From contig OZ024753.1 in the NCBI GenBank assembly GCA_964016885.1, positions 12,648,001 through 12,712,000 on the forward strand: 64,000 nucleotides of DNA. Reading direction: 5' to 3'. Below are positions 1-12,609 of the stretch, one piece after another (the first letter of the stretch is position 1; every line of letters begins with the position of its first letter). The position numbers were made by a program, and so were the translations under genes. The notes below the pieces were generated by a model. That model did no database searches, was not told where the DNA came from, and saw only the letters and a program-made list of their open reading frames with translations. This DNA is from Eledone cirrhosa (taxonomy: Eukaryota).

Positions 1-465
1 GTTGGAAGATAATATATAAATTAAAAGTATTTGAAAATTAACGAAGAGAAAAAATTTAGAATAATGTTAAATTAAGGTTTGTATATTGAAGGGTTTAATA
101 ATATGTGCGATGAAAAGAAATTGTTAATATGTATTAAGAATAATATTTAAGGGTTTAATAATATGTGCGATGGAAAGAAATTGTTGATATGTATTATTAA
201 AAAATATAAAAATATAACAATATAACAATAGTAATGTAATTAAGGATATATTGTGAAAAGAAGTAGAAGAGTGGATGAATAAATGTAATATGTATAAGTT
301 AGATGAGCATGAAAGGGAGAAAAAAAATAATGAATTGAGGTTGAATAATCTAACGTCATTATTACCCACCACAATAAATCCTTATTTTATATCCCCTTGA
401 AAATCCTTCGTAAACATAAACATTTTTTTGACGTTAGAATTCATACGTCAAGCAACTTGAGGACG

Positions 466-562
466 ATACTGGATGCACTGCGGAAGGACTGGCAAACGCT
501 ATGAGAGACAGAGATGGATGGAGGAAACGTGTCGTAGAAGGCCGAGCAAGCTCTACCTGAGA

Positions 563-566
<4 letters not shown>
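466..566 (+). mobile_element. 3' end relic of an RTE-type LINE or SINE tail
   Basis: Translates ...LANAMRDRDGWRKRVVEGRASST*, like the RTE ORF C-terminus (M-x-D-R-x-x-W-R); runs into (TA)n. Confidence 0.5.
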
Positions 567-618
<52 letters not shown>

Positions 619-630
619 TCTCAGGTTTCG

Positions 631-791
631 CATGCTCTGATGAATAGACTGGTTATAACAAAGTATTGGTGATCGATTGACGCAAAAACAGGCGGGTAGC
701 GATCTCTAGACCTACCAGTTCAGAGAAACAATTGTCACGGATGTGAATAAAGCCCTTATTGTATAGCAAACCATGTCACTCTTCTTTCTTG

Positions 792-792
<1 letters not shown>
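631..792 (+). mobile_element. (TA)n-flanked element with hammerhead-like motif (long stem II)
   Basis: CTGATGA at 637, ACTGGT/ACCAGT stem, GAAA-CAATTG-TC at 725-736 (palindromic stem III); stem I poor; related copy at 5322-5480. Confidence 0.5.
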
Positions 793-831
<39 letters not shown>

Positions 832-833
<2 letters not shown>

Positions 834-1096
834 GATATTAACAAATGGAAACTATATTTATAAAACCATATTTATTTCATTATACATATTTCAAGGATAC
901 CAAGTTAAATTATGGTATGCCTTCATAATTTAACTTGGTATCCTTGAAATATGTATAATGAAATAAATATCGTTTTATAAATATGGTTTCCATTTGTTAA
1001 TATCGTATATCTACTCCAAATACTTGTCGAGTGCTTTATATCAGTTATAAAAATATTTGCTTGTTGTATCCCAACAATTTAAATAGAACTATTGCA
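832..1096 (+). mobile_element. Fold-back Penelope-like pLTR insertion, family A
   Basis: Inverted arms 832-914 / 924-1006, about 90-nt tail, (TA)n both sides; junction falls inside the hammerhead seen intact at 14541. Confidence 0.75.
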
Positions 1097-1118
1097 TATA
1101 CATATATATATATAGTTG

Positions 1119-1167
<49 letters not shown>

Positions 1168-1198
1168 ATGTATATATATATATATATATATATATTTG

Positions 1199-1235
<37 letters not shown>

Positions 1236-1270
1236 ATGTATATACGTATGTATATTTGTATGTATATACG

Positions 1271-1302
<32 letters not shown>

Positions 1303-1304
1303 CG

Positions 1305-1347
<43 letters not shown>

Positions 1348-1348
1348 G

Positions 1349-1380
<32 letters not shown>

Positions 1381-1382
1381 CG

Positions 1383-1427
<45 letters not shown>

Positions 1428-1827
1428 AATAAATATATATACCCGATATATTGAATATCTTATCTGGTGTATCTGTTTATTTGTCGCATTTCCCCCACCG
1501 CCTTCCTGCTTGAATTTATAAAATCACGGCAAAATTTTAATAAGACTCTCCTCGAAAGTATAAATAAAGAGTAAATTATTCAACAGTAGACAGTCCGGCG
1601 ATAATTGAGTAACATATTGCCTACTTTCATACATACAGTATGTTCATGGTGTTTTATAATTAGATAATAGTTACACAGTCACTGCTGTCGTCATCATCAG
1701 AATCATTAGATGTACTAGCAGAAAAACCATCCCTCGAGTAGTCTTCTGTTAGCATGTGTAGTGTGTATATTGGATATTATACGCAAGTATATATACATGT
1801 AGATATGATACGTCAAATAAAAAAAAA

Positions 1828-2125
1828 TGATGGTGGTGGTGGTGGAAGTGGTGTTGCTGGTGGTGGTAGTGGTGGTGTTGGTGGTAGTGTTGGTGGTGTT
1901 GGTGTTGGTGTTGTTGGTGTTGGTGGTGTTGGTGGTGGTGGTGTTGGTGTTGGTGGTGGTGTTGGTGGTGGTGTTGGTGGTGTTGGAGATGTTGGAGCTG
2001 TTGTTGTTGGTGTTGGTGGTGTTGGAGCTGTTGTTGTTGTTGTTGGTGGTGGTGTTTGGTGTTTGGTGTTGTTGTTGGTGGTGGTGTTGGTGGTGTTGGT
2101 GGTGTTGGAGCTGTTGGTGTTGGTA
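1828..2125 (+). repeat. (GGT/GTT)n compound trinucleotide microsatellite
   Basis: Direct reading; overlapping ORFs are low-complexity artefacts. Confidence 0.95.
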
Positions 2126-2448
2126 TGATTTTGCTAGCTATTGTCATATCTATAGCAAATAGTTGAGCAACTGTTTGTCACCTTCCGAGACCTATATGTG
2201 TCGTTATTTACGTTATTTACGTACAGTTTGAAATGATATAATTTCCAGATAGATTCGCAGTGAGACTTTTTGGGCAATTTCCTTGTATCATAACCTCTAA
2301 TCTCATGGATTTTTATTTATATATATAGCTCACTGAGTGCGTATATATGTGTGTAAATATATATATTTTAAAACAAGGAAAGAATGACTTCACTTGTAGT
2401 GTTAACAAATTTTTGATTTAATTTTATAATATAATATTATGAGTTGGT

Positions 2449-2480
<32 letters not shown>

Positions 2481-2494
<14 letters not shown>

Positions 2495-2917
2495 GAGAAA
2501 ACACAGGTAATCATTAAGAGAAGAATTTTATCCGGGTATTCACGACCGTTTCATTGATAAGTGCAACCTTATATTGCTATACTGCAAATAGCAGCCACTC
2601 AATTATAATTGTTGTTCACAGTCCACATTTTCAAAATTTGGACTGTGAACAACAATTATAATTGAGTGGCTGCTATTTGCAGTATAGCAATATAAGGTTG
2701 CACTTACCAATGAAACGGTCGTAAATACCCGGTTAAAATCCTTCTCTTAATGCTTACCTGTGTTTTCTCTTTTATATTTTATACTTTATACTCTAAATTT
2801 GAACGGATTTCTTACAAACTTGTGGAGTTACCCCTAACCGTACGTTGAAACCATCCATGAAACTGGCTTTCTTAATCAAGAACTGGATCACAATAAGCAA
2901 TTTTCTGCTTCCCTAAC
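2481..2917 (+). mobile_element. Fold-back element in (TA)n, about 145-bp arms
   Basis: Arms 2481-2625 / 2639-2783 plus tail; GAAACGGTC (hammerhead stem III and cleavage half) present, CTGANGA half missing. Confidence 0.7.
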
Positions 2918-2938
2918 TATATATATATATATATATAT

Positions 2939-3176
2939 GCAGAGGTTATATTTAATTTGTTGGGATTCAACAAGCTTAAACAATGTTATAACTGATATAA
3001 AGCACTCAACAATAGAGTGGAGTAAATATACAATATATTAACAAATGGAAACTTTTATATCTGTTAATATATTATATACTCCACTACATTGTTGAGTGCT
3101 TTATGCCAGTTATAAAAATGTTTAAGCTTGATAAAATAAATATGGCTTTATAAATATACTTTCCATTTGTTAATAT

Positions 3177-3180
<4 letters not shown>
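2939..3180 (-). mobile_element. Rearranged family A copy with multiple inversions
   Basis: Minus-strand family A tail 2939-3060, then plus-strand pieces 3062-3131 and 3132-3180. Confidence 0.65.
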
Positions 3181-3266
<86 letters not shown>

Positions 3267-3396
3267 GAGATAGTGAGAGAGAGAGGATGAGAGAGAGAGG
3301 GTGAGAGAGAGTGATATATAGAGTGAGAGAGAGAGAGTGAGCGACGAGAGAGAGAGAGAGTGAGAGTGATAGAGAGAGCGAGAGAGGGAGAGTGAG

Positions 3397-3457
<61 letters not shown>

Positions 3458-3475
3458 GTGAGTGAGAGAGATAGA
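3181..3475. repeat. (TA)n-(GA)n compound microsatellite
   Basis: Direct reading. Confidence 0.95.
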
Positions 3476-3822
3476 CCGTGTTACTGTAGTAGGCAGAGTT
3501 GGCTGTCTCCTGGTAAGTGGACGTGTGTGAGAGAGAACTAAGGAGAAATGTATGAAATGAAGATTTCTTTGCCAAAACAGGAACAAATTTGACATATGAT
3601 ACATCTATATACTTATATACACAAATATAAATGCATCTGCGCATTTATATAAACATACATGTAGCTGTCTCGGCGGACTAGTTGGAGGAATCATAGACGA
3701 TGGTGATCCTGGTCTGAAGTTCGATCATGGTTGGGTGTAGGGTTCCCAGTAAACCTTTTCAGTTTGTTGTAGTGCACCTGAGCACTGTACACAATCATTT
3801 CATTATTATTATCATTATCATC

Positions 3823-4020
3823 GGAGGGCGGTGGATTGGCAGTATCGGTAGAGGGTCGGACGCCATGCTTTCTAGCATAGAGTTACGGCCCTTGCCATTC
3901 TGAGTTCAAATTCCGGTCGAGGTTAACTTTGCCTTTCATCCTCACGGGGTCGATAAAATAAAGTACCAGTAATACACTGGGTAAATGCTGGCCTTATGCC
4001 AAAAGTAGAAACAATTTTTA
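3823..4020 (+). mobile_element. tRNA-derived SINE (octopod-type)
   Basis: A-box-like TGGCAGTATCGG, B-box GAGTTCAAATTC, core TTTGCCTTTCATCC..GGGGTCGATAAAATAAAGTACCAG; about 10 copies in window. Confidence 0.85.
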
Positions 4021-4214
4021 TCATCATCATCAACATCATCAATCATCCTCATGATTATCAGCATCAGCATCACAATCATCATTATCGTAATCACTATAGC
4101 CATCATAACAGGAGCTATATTTATATGTACATACGCGTACACACACACATGTATGCATATATATATATATATATATAAAGAGAGAGAGAGAGAGAGAGAG
4201 AGGCACACAGCCTT

Positions 4215-4365
4215 AATATGGAAATGGGTTCTACAAGACTAGAATTGTTTTATTCAAAATAAATCATCCTGATAATATCTTTTGAATGAAACAGTTCTAG
4301 TCCTGTAGAAGCCATTTCCATATTTTACTTGATGTTTACATTCCCCCGATTTAACCCGAGGACTC
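4215..4365 (+). mobile_element. Degenerate fold-back element, family B
   Basis: Inverted copy of CTGATNA...GAAACAGTTCTAGTCCTGTAGAA with essentially no loop. Confidence 0.65.
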
Positions 4366-4399
4366 ACACACACACACACAAACAGATATTTCGGGTTTA

Positions 4400-4705
4400 G
4401 ACCCTCTTCGGTCACAAGTGTCCATGGGATTTGCACCTCGAAAGTTTCCTTCCAAGGTACAAGTTCGGGCAAGGCTGTTTGTGGAAGACCAGCCCCCTCC
4501 CCCCTCTCCACGCCATCGATCATGTCCAAGGCGAAAGACAATGGCCGATACAGCTTTACACCAGTGACGTCGCAACTAATTTCTACAGCTGAGTAAACTG
4601 GAACAACATGAAATAAAGTGTCTTGCTCAAGGAGAATCGAACTCACAACCGTCTGATTCAAGACCATGAACCATTATGCTATGAATCAGTATGCCATGCA
4701 CCCTC
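4400..4705 (-). mobile_element. Second SINE family (tRNA head plus CCTTGAGCAAGACACTT core)
   Basis: Minus-strand GAGTTCGATTC B-box and CCTTGAGCAAGACACTTTATTTCA; related piece at 13460-13600. Confidence 0.6.
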
Positions 4706-4749
4706 GTTCACGCACACACACACACACAAATATATATATATATATATAT

Positions 4750-4950
4750 AAGTTTTACTATAGATGATATGCTACAGGACTAGAACTGTTTCATTCTTTA
4801 GAAACCATCATGAGATTCCTGATGATTTCTAAACAATGAAACAGTTCTAGTCCTGTAGAATCTCATCTATATTAAAACTTTTATACTCTGCTATGTATTG
4901 AGTACCTTACTTACTGTGGTTACCTCCGATTCAACCCGGAATAACTTACC
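4750..4950 (+). mobile_element. Fold-back element in (TA)n, family B
   Basis: Arms about 4750-4811 / 4820-4880; tail TATTGAGTACCTTACTTACTGTGGTTACC shared with 12609, 13297, 20300 and 22370 copies. Confidence 0.75.
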
Positions 4951-5057
4951 TATATATATATATGATGGCAAAATGAAGGACCTGTTATTTTTCTCTGAAA
5001 ACATATTTTCCAATTCCATCCCGCCCGTCCCTTCAATCTATCTAATTTCTCAGTCTT

Positions 5058-5093
5058 TCTTCTGATGAAGGACTAACGTCCGAAACTTTAAGA
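5058..5093 (+). ncRNA. Minimal hammerhead motif (degenerate stem III) in element 4963-5180
   Basis: TCTT-CTGATGA-A-GGAC taac GTCC-GAAA-CTTT-AAGA; homolog at 25611. Confidence 0.6.
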
Positions 5094-5174
5094 CCCTCTT
5101 CATGCTATTTCAAGCGTTAACCTAATATATTGCTTTCATATACTGTACCGATTGTGTTGTTATTTCTGTTTACC

Positions 5175-5219
<45 letters not shown>

Positions 5220-5476
5220 ACGAAGGCTAAAAATGTTCATTTAGTCCAGAATTAGCCGTCGAAACGGCTTGAGCCCAGCCGTCGGTGTCCTACTTGTTCC
5301 TATATATATATATATATATATTCCGATGATTTGATTGGAGACACACACCGTAATTAAGGTCGAGTGACGTAATTTCTAGCGATCAGCGGACTTTAGACTC
5401 ACCTGATTAATGAAACAATTGTTAATACTGTAAATAAACCCTTTATGTACAACCGACCATGTTATTCTTCACTCTT

Positions 5477-5530
<54 letters not shown>

Positions 5531-6116
5531 AGGAAAAGAATGACTTCACTTGTAGTTCTGAACGAATTGATTTAATTTCTATAATATTATCATTTTATGA
5601 GTGGGTAGATCTAGTAAAAATAGATTGCTCTGAAGTAGCAGAGTAATGTCCCTATGTGCTAGAAAAATCATATCATCGCTTCCGTACTTGTCAGGGGGGT
5701 TCTATTTGCAACACTATATGTATATATATGTAGTCATGTGCTCTCTTGTGTAGCTGTATGTAACTTAATACATCGCCTTTTTAAGTACTGATATGTATCA
5801 GCGCCAGAAAATCGCAAGTTTACCCGCCGTGAATTATATATAAGTCCAACCAACACAAGTATATAATTTATAATGTTTTCATCAATCCCTTGGGGTGGGA
5901 TGTCGAGTGTTAAATAGAGATATATGGAATTTGAACTCTGAAAATAAATGTACATGATAAAATAGAACATTACAGGTTGTTTCCTGCTCTTTTACATAAT
6001 TTAATAAAATTAAATGTGTTTCCATACGCTGACGTGTATGCGTATATATGTGTATACGTGTGTATGTGCATACATATATTCACAGAAACACACACATAGA
6101 TTCACACACACATATA

Positions 6117-7004
6117 CGAGGTGTGTCAGAAAAGTAGCAGGACTGATGTCACAAAAGATTTATTTCAAACCCAAACTTCACACTAAGAGTTTTCTCCTTC
6201 AAATTAACCGCCCCTGGAATCTAATGCACTTTTCCATCCTTTTCTGTCACGCTTGCATGAAGTCCTGGAAGGATTCTTCCGGGATCCTCCGCAGTTTCGT
6301 CGTCACAGCCTTTTTGATGTCACCCACGTCTTCAAAACGGGTACCCTCCGGGTCGTACTCGAAGATCCATGACTCATCACCGGTGATGACTGTCCCTAGC
6401 AAGTCTGGTTCGGTTTCAAGACGCTCGAGGATGTCCTGGTACACATCCATGCGTCGACCCTTCTGGTCAAAATTCAGCAGTTTTGGCACCATCTTCGCAC
6501 AGACTTTCCGCATGTCCAAATCTTCAGTGAGAATCTTCCAGACGCTGTCCCGATTCATGCCTAGCTCATTTGCCATCAGTCGAACAGTCAGCCGATGATC
6601 GCTACTCACCATCTGCCTGACGCGCTTAACGTTGACCTCAGTCCTGGCTGTTGAGGGCCTTCCGCTCCTGGAGTTATCTTCCACGTCCTCGCGTCCTTCT
6701 TTAAACCTCTTGCACCACTCAAAAACACGTGAGCGTGACATCCTCTCATCTCCATATACTTGCTGCAGCAACCGTACGAGAAACTTGAAGTTTGTTCGTT
6801 GCTCTGTGCTCATTGCTTGAGGACCTGAAACAGAGGACATGTATATAAAATTATGGAGAAAAAAGTTTGATCGCTGCAGAGAGCTAAGATTACAGTTACA
6901 TACTCCAGTGGGATTACTTTGAAGGAGAAAACTCCTAGTGTGAAGTTTGGGTTTGCAATAAATCTTTTGTGACATCAGTCCTTGAACGTTTCTGACACAC
7001 CTCG
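6117..7004 (-). mobile_element. Internally deleted mariner (Tc1/mariner) transposon
   Basis: About 100-bp terminal inverted repeats starting CGAGGTGTGTCAGAAA, TA target duplication at 6115-6116 and 7005-7006. Confidence 0.92.
6247..6813 (-). pseudogene. Mariner transposase relic
   Basis: HTH region (VYGDERMSRSRVFEWCKRFKEGRE, RSGRPST), ITGDESW first Asp motif, then in-frame deletion removing the other catalytic Asp residues. Confidence 0.9.
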
Positions 7005-7251
7005 TACATTTACACAAACAGACACATAGACTCACACACAGCTTAGTTTTTTCACCACCGCTCTTCCTACCTTTTACACACACATACATTCACACATGCA
7101 TCAGACGTAATGAGAGAGGAGTAGTATGAGGTAATCAAACAACTCCTCTCTCTTTCTGTGTTGTGACAGAATCTCAGATATTTATGTATAAATTTCTCAA
7201 TACGAATTCATTTGTAAGACATATAGATAACTTTTGAAGGGGCATATAGAC

Positions 7252-7470
7252 CAGGCATGTCAAACTGAGGGTTCTCCGAGGGCCACATGGGTTACATATG
7301 TGTTGTCTGAGGGCCTCACACCACAACTATATGCTCACATTAAAACTATTTTTTAAAATTTTATATTATGATGAGAAAACATGCTCACGACGTAAAAATC
7401 TTTGTGCGGGCCGCAGATGTGGTTGTAAAGGGCCGCATGCGGCCTGCGGATCGCATGTTCTATGTGCTTG
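7252..7470. mobile_element. hAT (Charlie-like) MITE
   Basis: Perfect 8-bp TSD ATATAGAC (7244-7251 / 7471-7478); starts CAGGCATGTCAAAC; GGGCCGCATGCGGCC subterminal motifs. Confidence 0.8.
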
Positions 7471-7526
7471 ATATAGACGATGTTTTGTAAAACACATCAA
7501 AGAAAAATAATTTATATTATTTACTG

Positions 7527-7965
7527 TGGTAGAGTGGTGGATTGGCAGTATCGGTAGAGCGTCTGAGAGTATGTATTGCGGCTCATATCTAGGACCCTTT
7601 ACGTTCTGTTCAAATCCAACTAAGGTTAGCTTTACCTTTCATCGCTATGGGATTGATAAAATAAAATACAGGTAAGACTGAGGTCGATTTAATTGACTTT
7701 TGCTTTCCCAAAAATGTTCGGCCCTGTGCCTAAATCAGAATACATTATATACTGTGGTAAGGTGGAGCGTCCGACAACATGCTTTGCGTCATATAGTTAA
7801 TACGAATCTTTACATTGAGTTCGAATCCCATCGAGGTGAGCTTTGCCTTTCATCCCTACGGGGGTCGATAATATAAGATACCAGTAATGCACTGGGCTAG
7901 ATTGAATTGCCTTTCACATCTTTACCTTCAAATTGCTTGCCTTGTGCCAAACGTAGAAATAGTTA
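7527..7965 (+). mobile_element. Two tandem diverged tRNA-SINE copies
   Basis: Same head and core as 3823, at about 7527-7750 and 7755-7965. Confidence 0.75.
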
Positions 7966-8499
7966 ATTATTGTGGTAACATTGAATGTAAAACTAGACTC
8001 GAACTCCGGATCTAACGGGACAGAAGTAAAATAACTTACAGTTTCTGACATCTTTTTATCCCTTGCCCTAGTCCAAATCAACTCGCCCCTCACCTCTCAC
8101 TTCTGCAACACCATAACTCTTGCCATCCCTTCCCTTTCCCGGTCTTTTTCTTCTTTCTTTCTCTCCTTTTTTTTCTATATTATCCTAACCTCTCTTTTGT
8201 TTCCCACCTTATTTTAAATTTTTCTTACTAAAAAAAAAAAAGAATTTAGTATTTATTTCTGTATAAGGATGCGATTTTTTGGTCTTTTGTACAAGAAAGT
8301 AAAAAAAGAAGTAAGGGAAAAATAAAACAAGAAATTAAATAAAATAATAAAAATGTATATCTATAAATCTCGAATTACTGAGGTTGTAATAATGTGTGTG
8401 TCTGTGAATGCCTTCACTAGTAGGGCTGTTGAAAGAAACTGACTGATCTCTTTGTCCTTCGCCCCAGAATAATAATAATAATATTCCCATGACTGAAAT

Positions 8500-8767
8500 A
8501 TTGTAGTAGCAGTAGTAAGTAGTAGCAACAGTAAGTAGTAGTAGCAATGTGTAGTAGTAGTAGTAGTAGTAGTTGTTGTAATAGTAGTAATAAGCAGTAG
8601 TTAAGAAGTTGTAGCAAGTTGCAGATGTTGTAAGGAATGGTGGTGGTGGTGGTAGTAATAGTAGTAGTAGTTGTATAGTAGAAGTAGTAGTAGTAGTAGT
8701 GGTAGTAGTAGGAGTAGTAGTAGTAGTAGTAGTGGTGGTAATAGTAGTAGTAGTAACAACAACAACG
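8500..8767. repeat. (TAG)n-rich microsatellite
   Basis: Direct reading. Confidence 0.9.
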
Positions 8768-8968
8768 CCAGTCGCACCAGAATTAAGAGGAGGATAAAAC
8801 ACTGGTTACAGTATGTGATTGTAATTCTTCATAAGAAAACAATAAAAAACATTTCTGAAATGAATGCGGAAGCTGAAATTGTGGAGGGGATGAATTATAA
8901 GGGTGGTTGATAATATCTCTCAGTTGCTTGCAGCTATACTTCGACTTGAAGTGCACATTTTAGTGAAC

Positions 8969-10057
8969 ATGAAGAAATATATCATCCCTTTGTTGATGGG
9001 ATATATTTTGGCATTTAACATACTGAACATAATTGGAGTCGAGAGACGACGACATGTATCGGAAATTCAGAAATGTATGTTATTAATGCATACACCTGAC
9101 CCCCATTCGGATCATGATTCCCGTGAAGATGAGGCTAAGGAAGAACGAAAAGAGGCTGTATGTAATCCGAAATTTAACAGGACTATAGATTGTACCATAA
9201 ACAACAGTTTAAGTTCCGATCATCCGTTAGATGTTCTAATGAGGAATTCCACAAGTATGGCACGGTGGAAAGAAGCTAACAGATTTCTGTGCAGCAGGTA
9301 TCAGAGGATGCATGTGGATTCAAAGATATGCGCTCGTAATTCTATGGTTTGTATGAAGACATTCGATTGGCATATTTATCCCTGGTGTGTCCCGGATACT
9401 CGTTGCTACTACAGGAAAATACACACATGTAGTGAACCAGTTGCTGTGGTTTGGGGTAAATATGTGTTTTTGGCAAAAAGTAATGTTTGTATCGTGTCAG
9501 ATCAATTTTTTCAATTGTATCCTTTATACGGACCTGAATTAATGTGCTACCGTCCCATGGACATAGACATTTACGAAAGCTTGGACTGGGTTTATAGACG
9601 ATTCTGTAGACTCTACAACCATACCTGGACCATTAATTGCATACGTGATGAAATTCGCAAACACAGTTCTGAGGATTTAGATGAAAATAAAATGGTTTAT
9701 CTCCAGAAGGCAGAGAAATTTGCAAAAGAGAGACATATTCTTTGTGAAAGGTTAAACCAAGTACCTAACATAATTTGTAAACACCAACAAGAAAATATTA
9801 CATACACTTGCCTTAAGGACTTGTATTATGAAGGCAAGCGAAAGGAATTATCTTTAGCGTATTCAATTGAAATATACGCAACTTGCCTATACGTGGAATA
9901 TAGGAAATGTAATATAAATGTAGCTCGAATTATTCGAGATAACATAATGTCATATTTGATTGACACATCAAACGGGAACGCTCGTTTTTCTCCCTCATAC
10001 CCCAATACATATTTCCTCTTCACATATGCAGTGACATTATTATATGCCTACGTTTAG
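8969..10057 (+). CDS. Intronless Cys-rich secreted, probably GPI-anchored protein (362 aa) with two related domains
   Basis: Non-repetitive 1.1-kb ORF in AT-rich DNA; first ATG 8969 gives signal-peptide-like MKKYIIPLLMGYILAFNILNIIG; 18 Cys; NxS/T sites; small residues then hydrophobic C-terminus (TSNGNAR...YFLFTYAVTLLYAYV). Confidence 0.75.
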   Translation: MKKYIIPLLMGYILAFNILNIIGVERRRHVSEIQKCMLLMHTPDPHSDHDSREDEAKEERKEAVCNPKFNRTIDCTINNSLSSDHPLDVLMRNSTSMARWKEANRFLCSRYQRMHVDSKICARNSMVCMKTFDWHIYPWCVPDTRCYYRKIHTCSEPVAVVWGKYVFLAKSNVCIVSDQFFQLYPLYGPELMCYRPMDIDIYESLDWVYRRFCRLYNHTWTINCIRDEIRKHSSEDLDENKMVYLQKAEKFAKERHILCERLNQVPNIICKHQQENITYTCLKDLYYEGKRKELSLAYSIEIYATCLYVEYRKCNINVARIIRDNIMSYLIDTSNGNARFSPSYPNTYFLFTYAVTLLYAYV

Positions 10058-10112
10058 CATTGTTAAAAGATCATTCCAAACCTTACTGGTTAAAATAGTG
10101 GCCTAGCCACAT

Positions 10113-10114
<2 letters not shown>

Positions 10115-10155
<41 letters not shown>

Positions 10156-10224
10156 ATATACCTATATACATATTAATATATATATGAAACATATACGTAT
10201 ATATATATACGTATATATATATAC

Positions 10225-10267
<43 letters not shown>

Positions 10268-10340
10268 GATATATATATATAAACATATACCTATATACAT
10301 ATTAATATATATATGAAACATATACGTATATATATATACG

Positions 10341-10372
<32 letters not shown>

Positions 10373-10434
10373 CATATATACACATATATATATATATATA
10401 AAATATTCATATATATGTATATATATATATACAA

Positions 10435-10465
<31 letters not shown>

Positions 10466-10788
10466 AATATACATACATAAATAAATATACATACATGTAT
10501 ACATCTGTACATACTTATATACACACATATAAACATATATAAATACATACATATATAAAAACATACATATATATAGATAGATATATATAGATATAGATAT
10601 ATATACATTCATATATATACATACATATATAAATATTATATATATATATATATATAGATATATATATATACATACATATATAATTATTATATATATATAT
10701 ATATATATATATAGATATATATATATACATATATAATTATTATATATATATATATATATAGATATATATATATACATACATATATAAT

Positions 10789-10833
<45 letters not shown>

Positions 10834-10982
10834 CATATATAAATATTATATATATATATATATATATACATACATATATAAATATTATATATATACATAC
10901 ATATATAATTATATATATATATATATATATACATACATATATAATTATATATATATATATATATATCTATATACATATATAT

Positions 10983-11013
<31 letters not shown>

Positions 11014-11270
11014 CATATATATATACATACATATATATATATATATACATATATATATACATACATATATATATAAATACATACATATATGTATATATAG
11101 ATACATGTATATATACCTACATATATACATATATATACATATAAATACCTACATATTTACGTATGTACATTTATATAAATACATATAAACATATACATAC
11201 CCCCAACCCCACACACACATATATATATATTAATTAATACATATTTACATAATACATACAAAAATACATA
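10115..11270. repeat. Degenerate (TA)n/(TACA) microsatellite field
   Basis: Direct reading; similar fields at 1100-1425, 11630-12160, 14650-15240, 25735-26370, 49660-50530, 59995-61940. Confidence 0.95.
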
Positions 11271-11657
11271 CATAATAACACTCTGCTGGAGGTAAACTGT
11301 GCTTTTATTTTATATTTATTTTGGTTCCTGTTAAATATTGTTTATTAGCTTAGTATGTATACTGTTATATTTTCCATCTATATTCTAAACTAAATTTTAA
11401 AAATAAAATAAATTATAGACGTGAGAAAAGAACAACATTCTACGGAGTTAGTATTTGAAATCATGTGGCATGTTATATTTTATGTTCTATTGTGTAATCT
11501 AAAATTGCAGGTTGTTTATTGTTAAGTCTCGTGTTAGAGGGTAAGTCATATTACGTTTCTAGATTTTTGGATTTCCTCTCTTGTTCTGAATTTATAATCC
11601 GTGATATGAATTCAATATCGCTCAAGATGTATATAGATATATATATAAATACATACG

Positions 11658-11689
<32 letters not shown>

Positions 11690-11972
11690 CATACGTATAT
11701 ATATATATATATATAAATACATACGTATATATATATATGTATATATATATATATAAATACATACGTATATATATATATATATAAAAACATACGTATATAT
11801 ATATATGTATATATATATATATAAATACATACGTATATATATATATATATAAAAACATACGTATATATATATATGTATATATATATATGTATATATATAA
11901 ATACATACGTATATATATATATAAATACATACGTATGTATATATGTATATATATATATATATAAATACATAC

Positions 11973-12011
<39 letters not shown>

Positions 12012-12017
12012 CATACG

Positions 12018-12050
<33 letters not shown>

Positions 12051-12113
12051 CCTCACTATATATATATATATATTATATACCTAACTATATATATATATAT
12101 ATATATTATATAC

Positions 12114-12164
<51 letters not shown>

Positions 12165-12574
12165 CAATATATTAAAAGATGGAAACTATATTTATAAAAC
12201 AATAATTATTTTATTATATATATTTCAAGAGCAACCAAGCCAATCTTGGTCCGCTTTCATCAGATAAAATCCAAAATTTGTTTCATAAATAGTGTTATAA
12301 ACATAAAAAAATACCTTGACGGTTGAAAATTCGCTGACTATCCAGCGAATTTTCAACTATCAAGGTTGTTATGTCACTTTTTATAAAACAAATTTTGGAT
12401 TGTATCTGTTGAAAGCGGACCAAGATTAGCTTGGTTGCTCTTGAAATATATATAATAAAATAATTATGGTTTTATAAATATAGTTTCCATTTACTCCAGT
12501 AAACTGTTGAGTGCTCTATATTAGTTATAAACTTTTAAGTTTGTTGGAATCCCATCAAATTAAATATAACTTCT

Positions 12575-12575
<1 letters not shown>
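12165..12575 (+). mobile_element. Fold-back element family A with a hammerhead on each strand
   Basis: Imperfect arms about 12178-12338 / 12343-12491; tail with TTGAGTGC. Confidence 0.8.
12208..12270 (-). ncRNA. Type I hammerhead ribozyme motif
   Basis: AUUUUAU-CUGAUGA-aagcggACCAAG auugg CUUGGUugcucuu-GAAA-UAUAUAUA-AUAAAAU; 7-bp stem I; plus copy 12399-12461 has mutated core CUGUUGA. Confidence 0.8.

Positions 12576-12608
<33 letters not shown>

Positions 12609-12609
<1 letters not shown>

Noticed and set aside
1-420. Possible GIY-YIG relic (IKPLN) with a 60-bp duplication
   Set aside because: Motif too short and region too AT-rich to support a call.
1031-1521. YIYI-type ORFs (also 10118-12175, 25675-26473, 30749-32483, 37028-37539, 49611-50573, 59881-61945)
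   Set aside because: Translations of (TA)n microsatellites, which lack stop codons; no coding signal.
1749-2162. Gly/Val-rich and His/Gln-rich ORFs resembling structural proteins
   Set aside because: Entirely a (GGT/GTT)n microsatellite, open in several frames, with no unique coding flanks.
3823-3920. tRNA genes at SINE heads
   Set aside because: A and B boxes present but no cloverleaf; they continue into a SINE core and tail.
8903-8968. N-terminal extension of the 384-aa ORF
   Set aside because: Starts at GTG; the first ATG at 8969 gives a signal peptide at the N-terminus.
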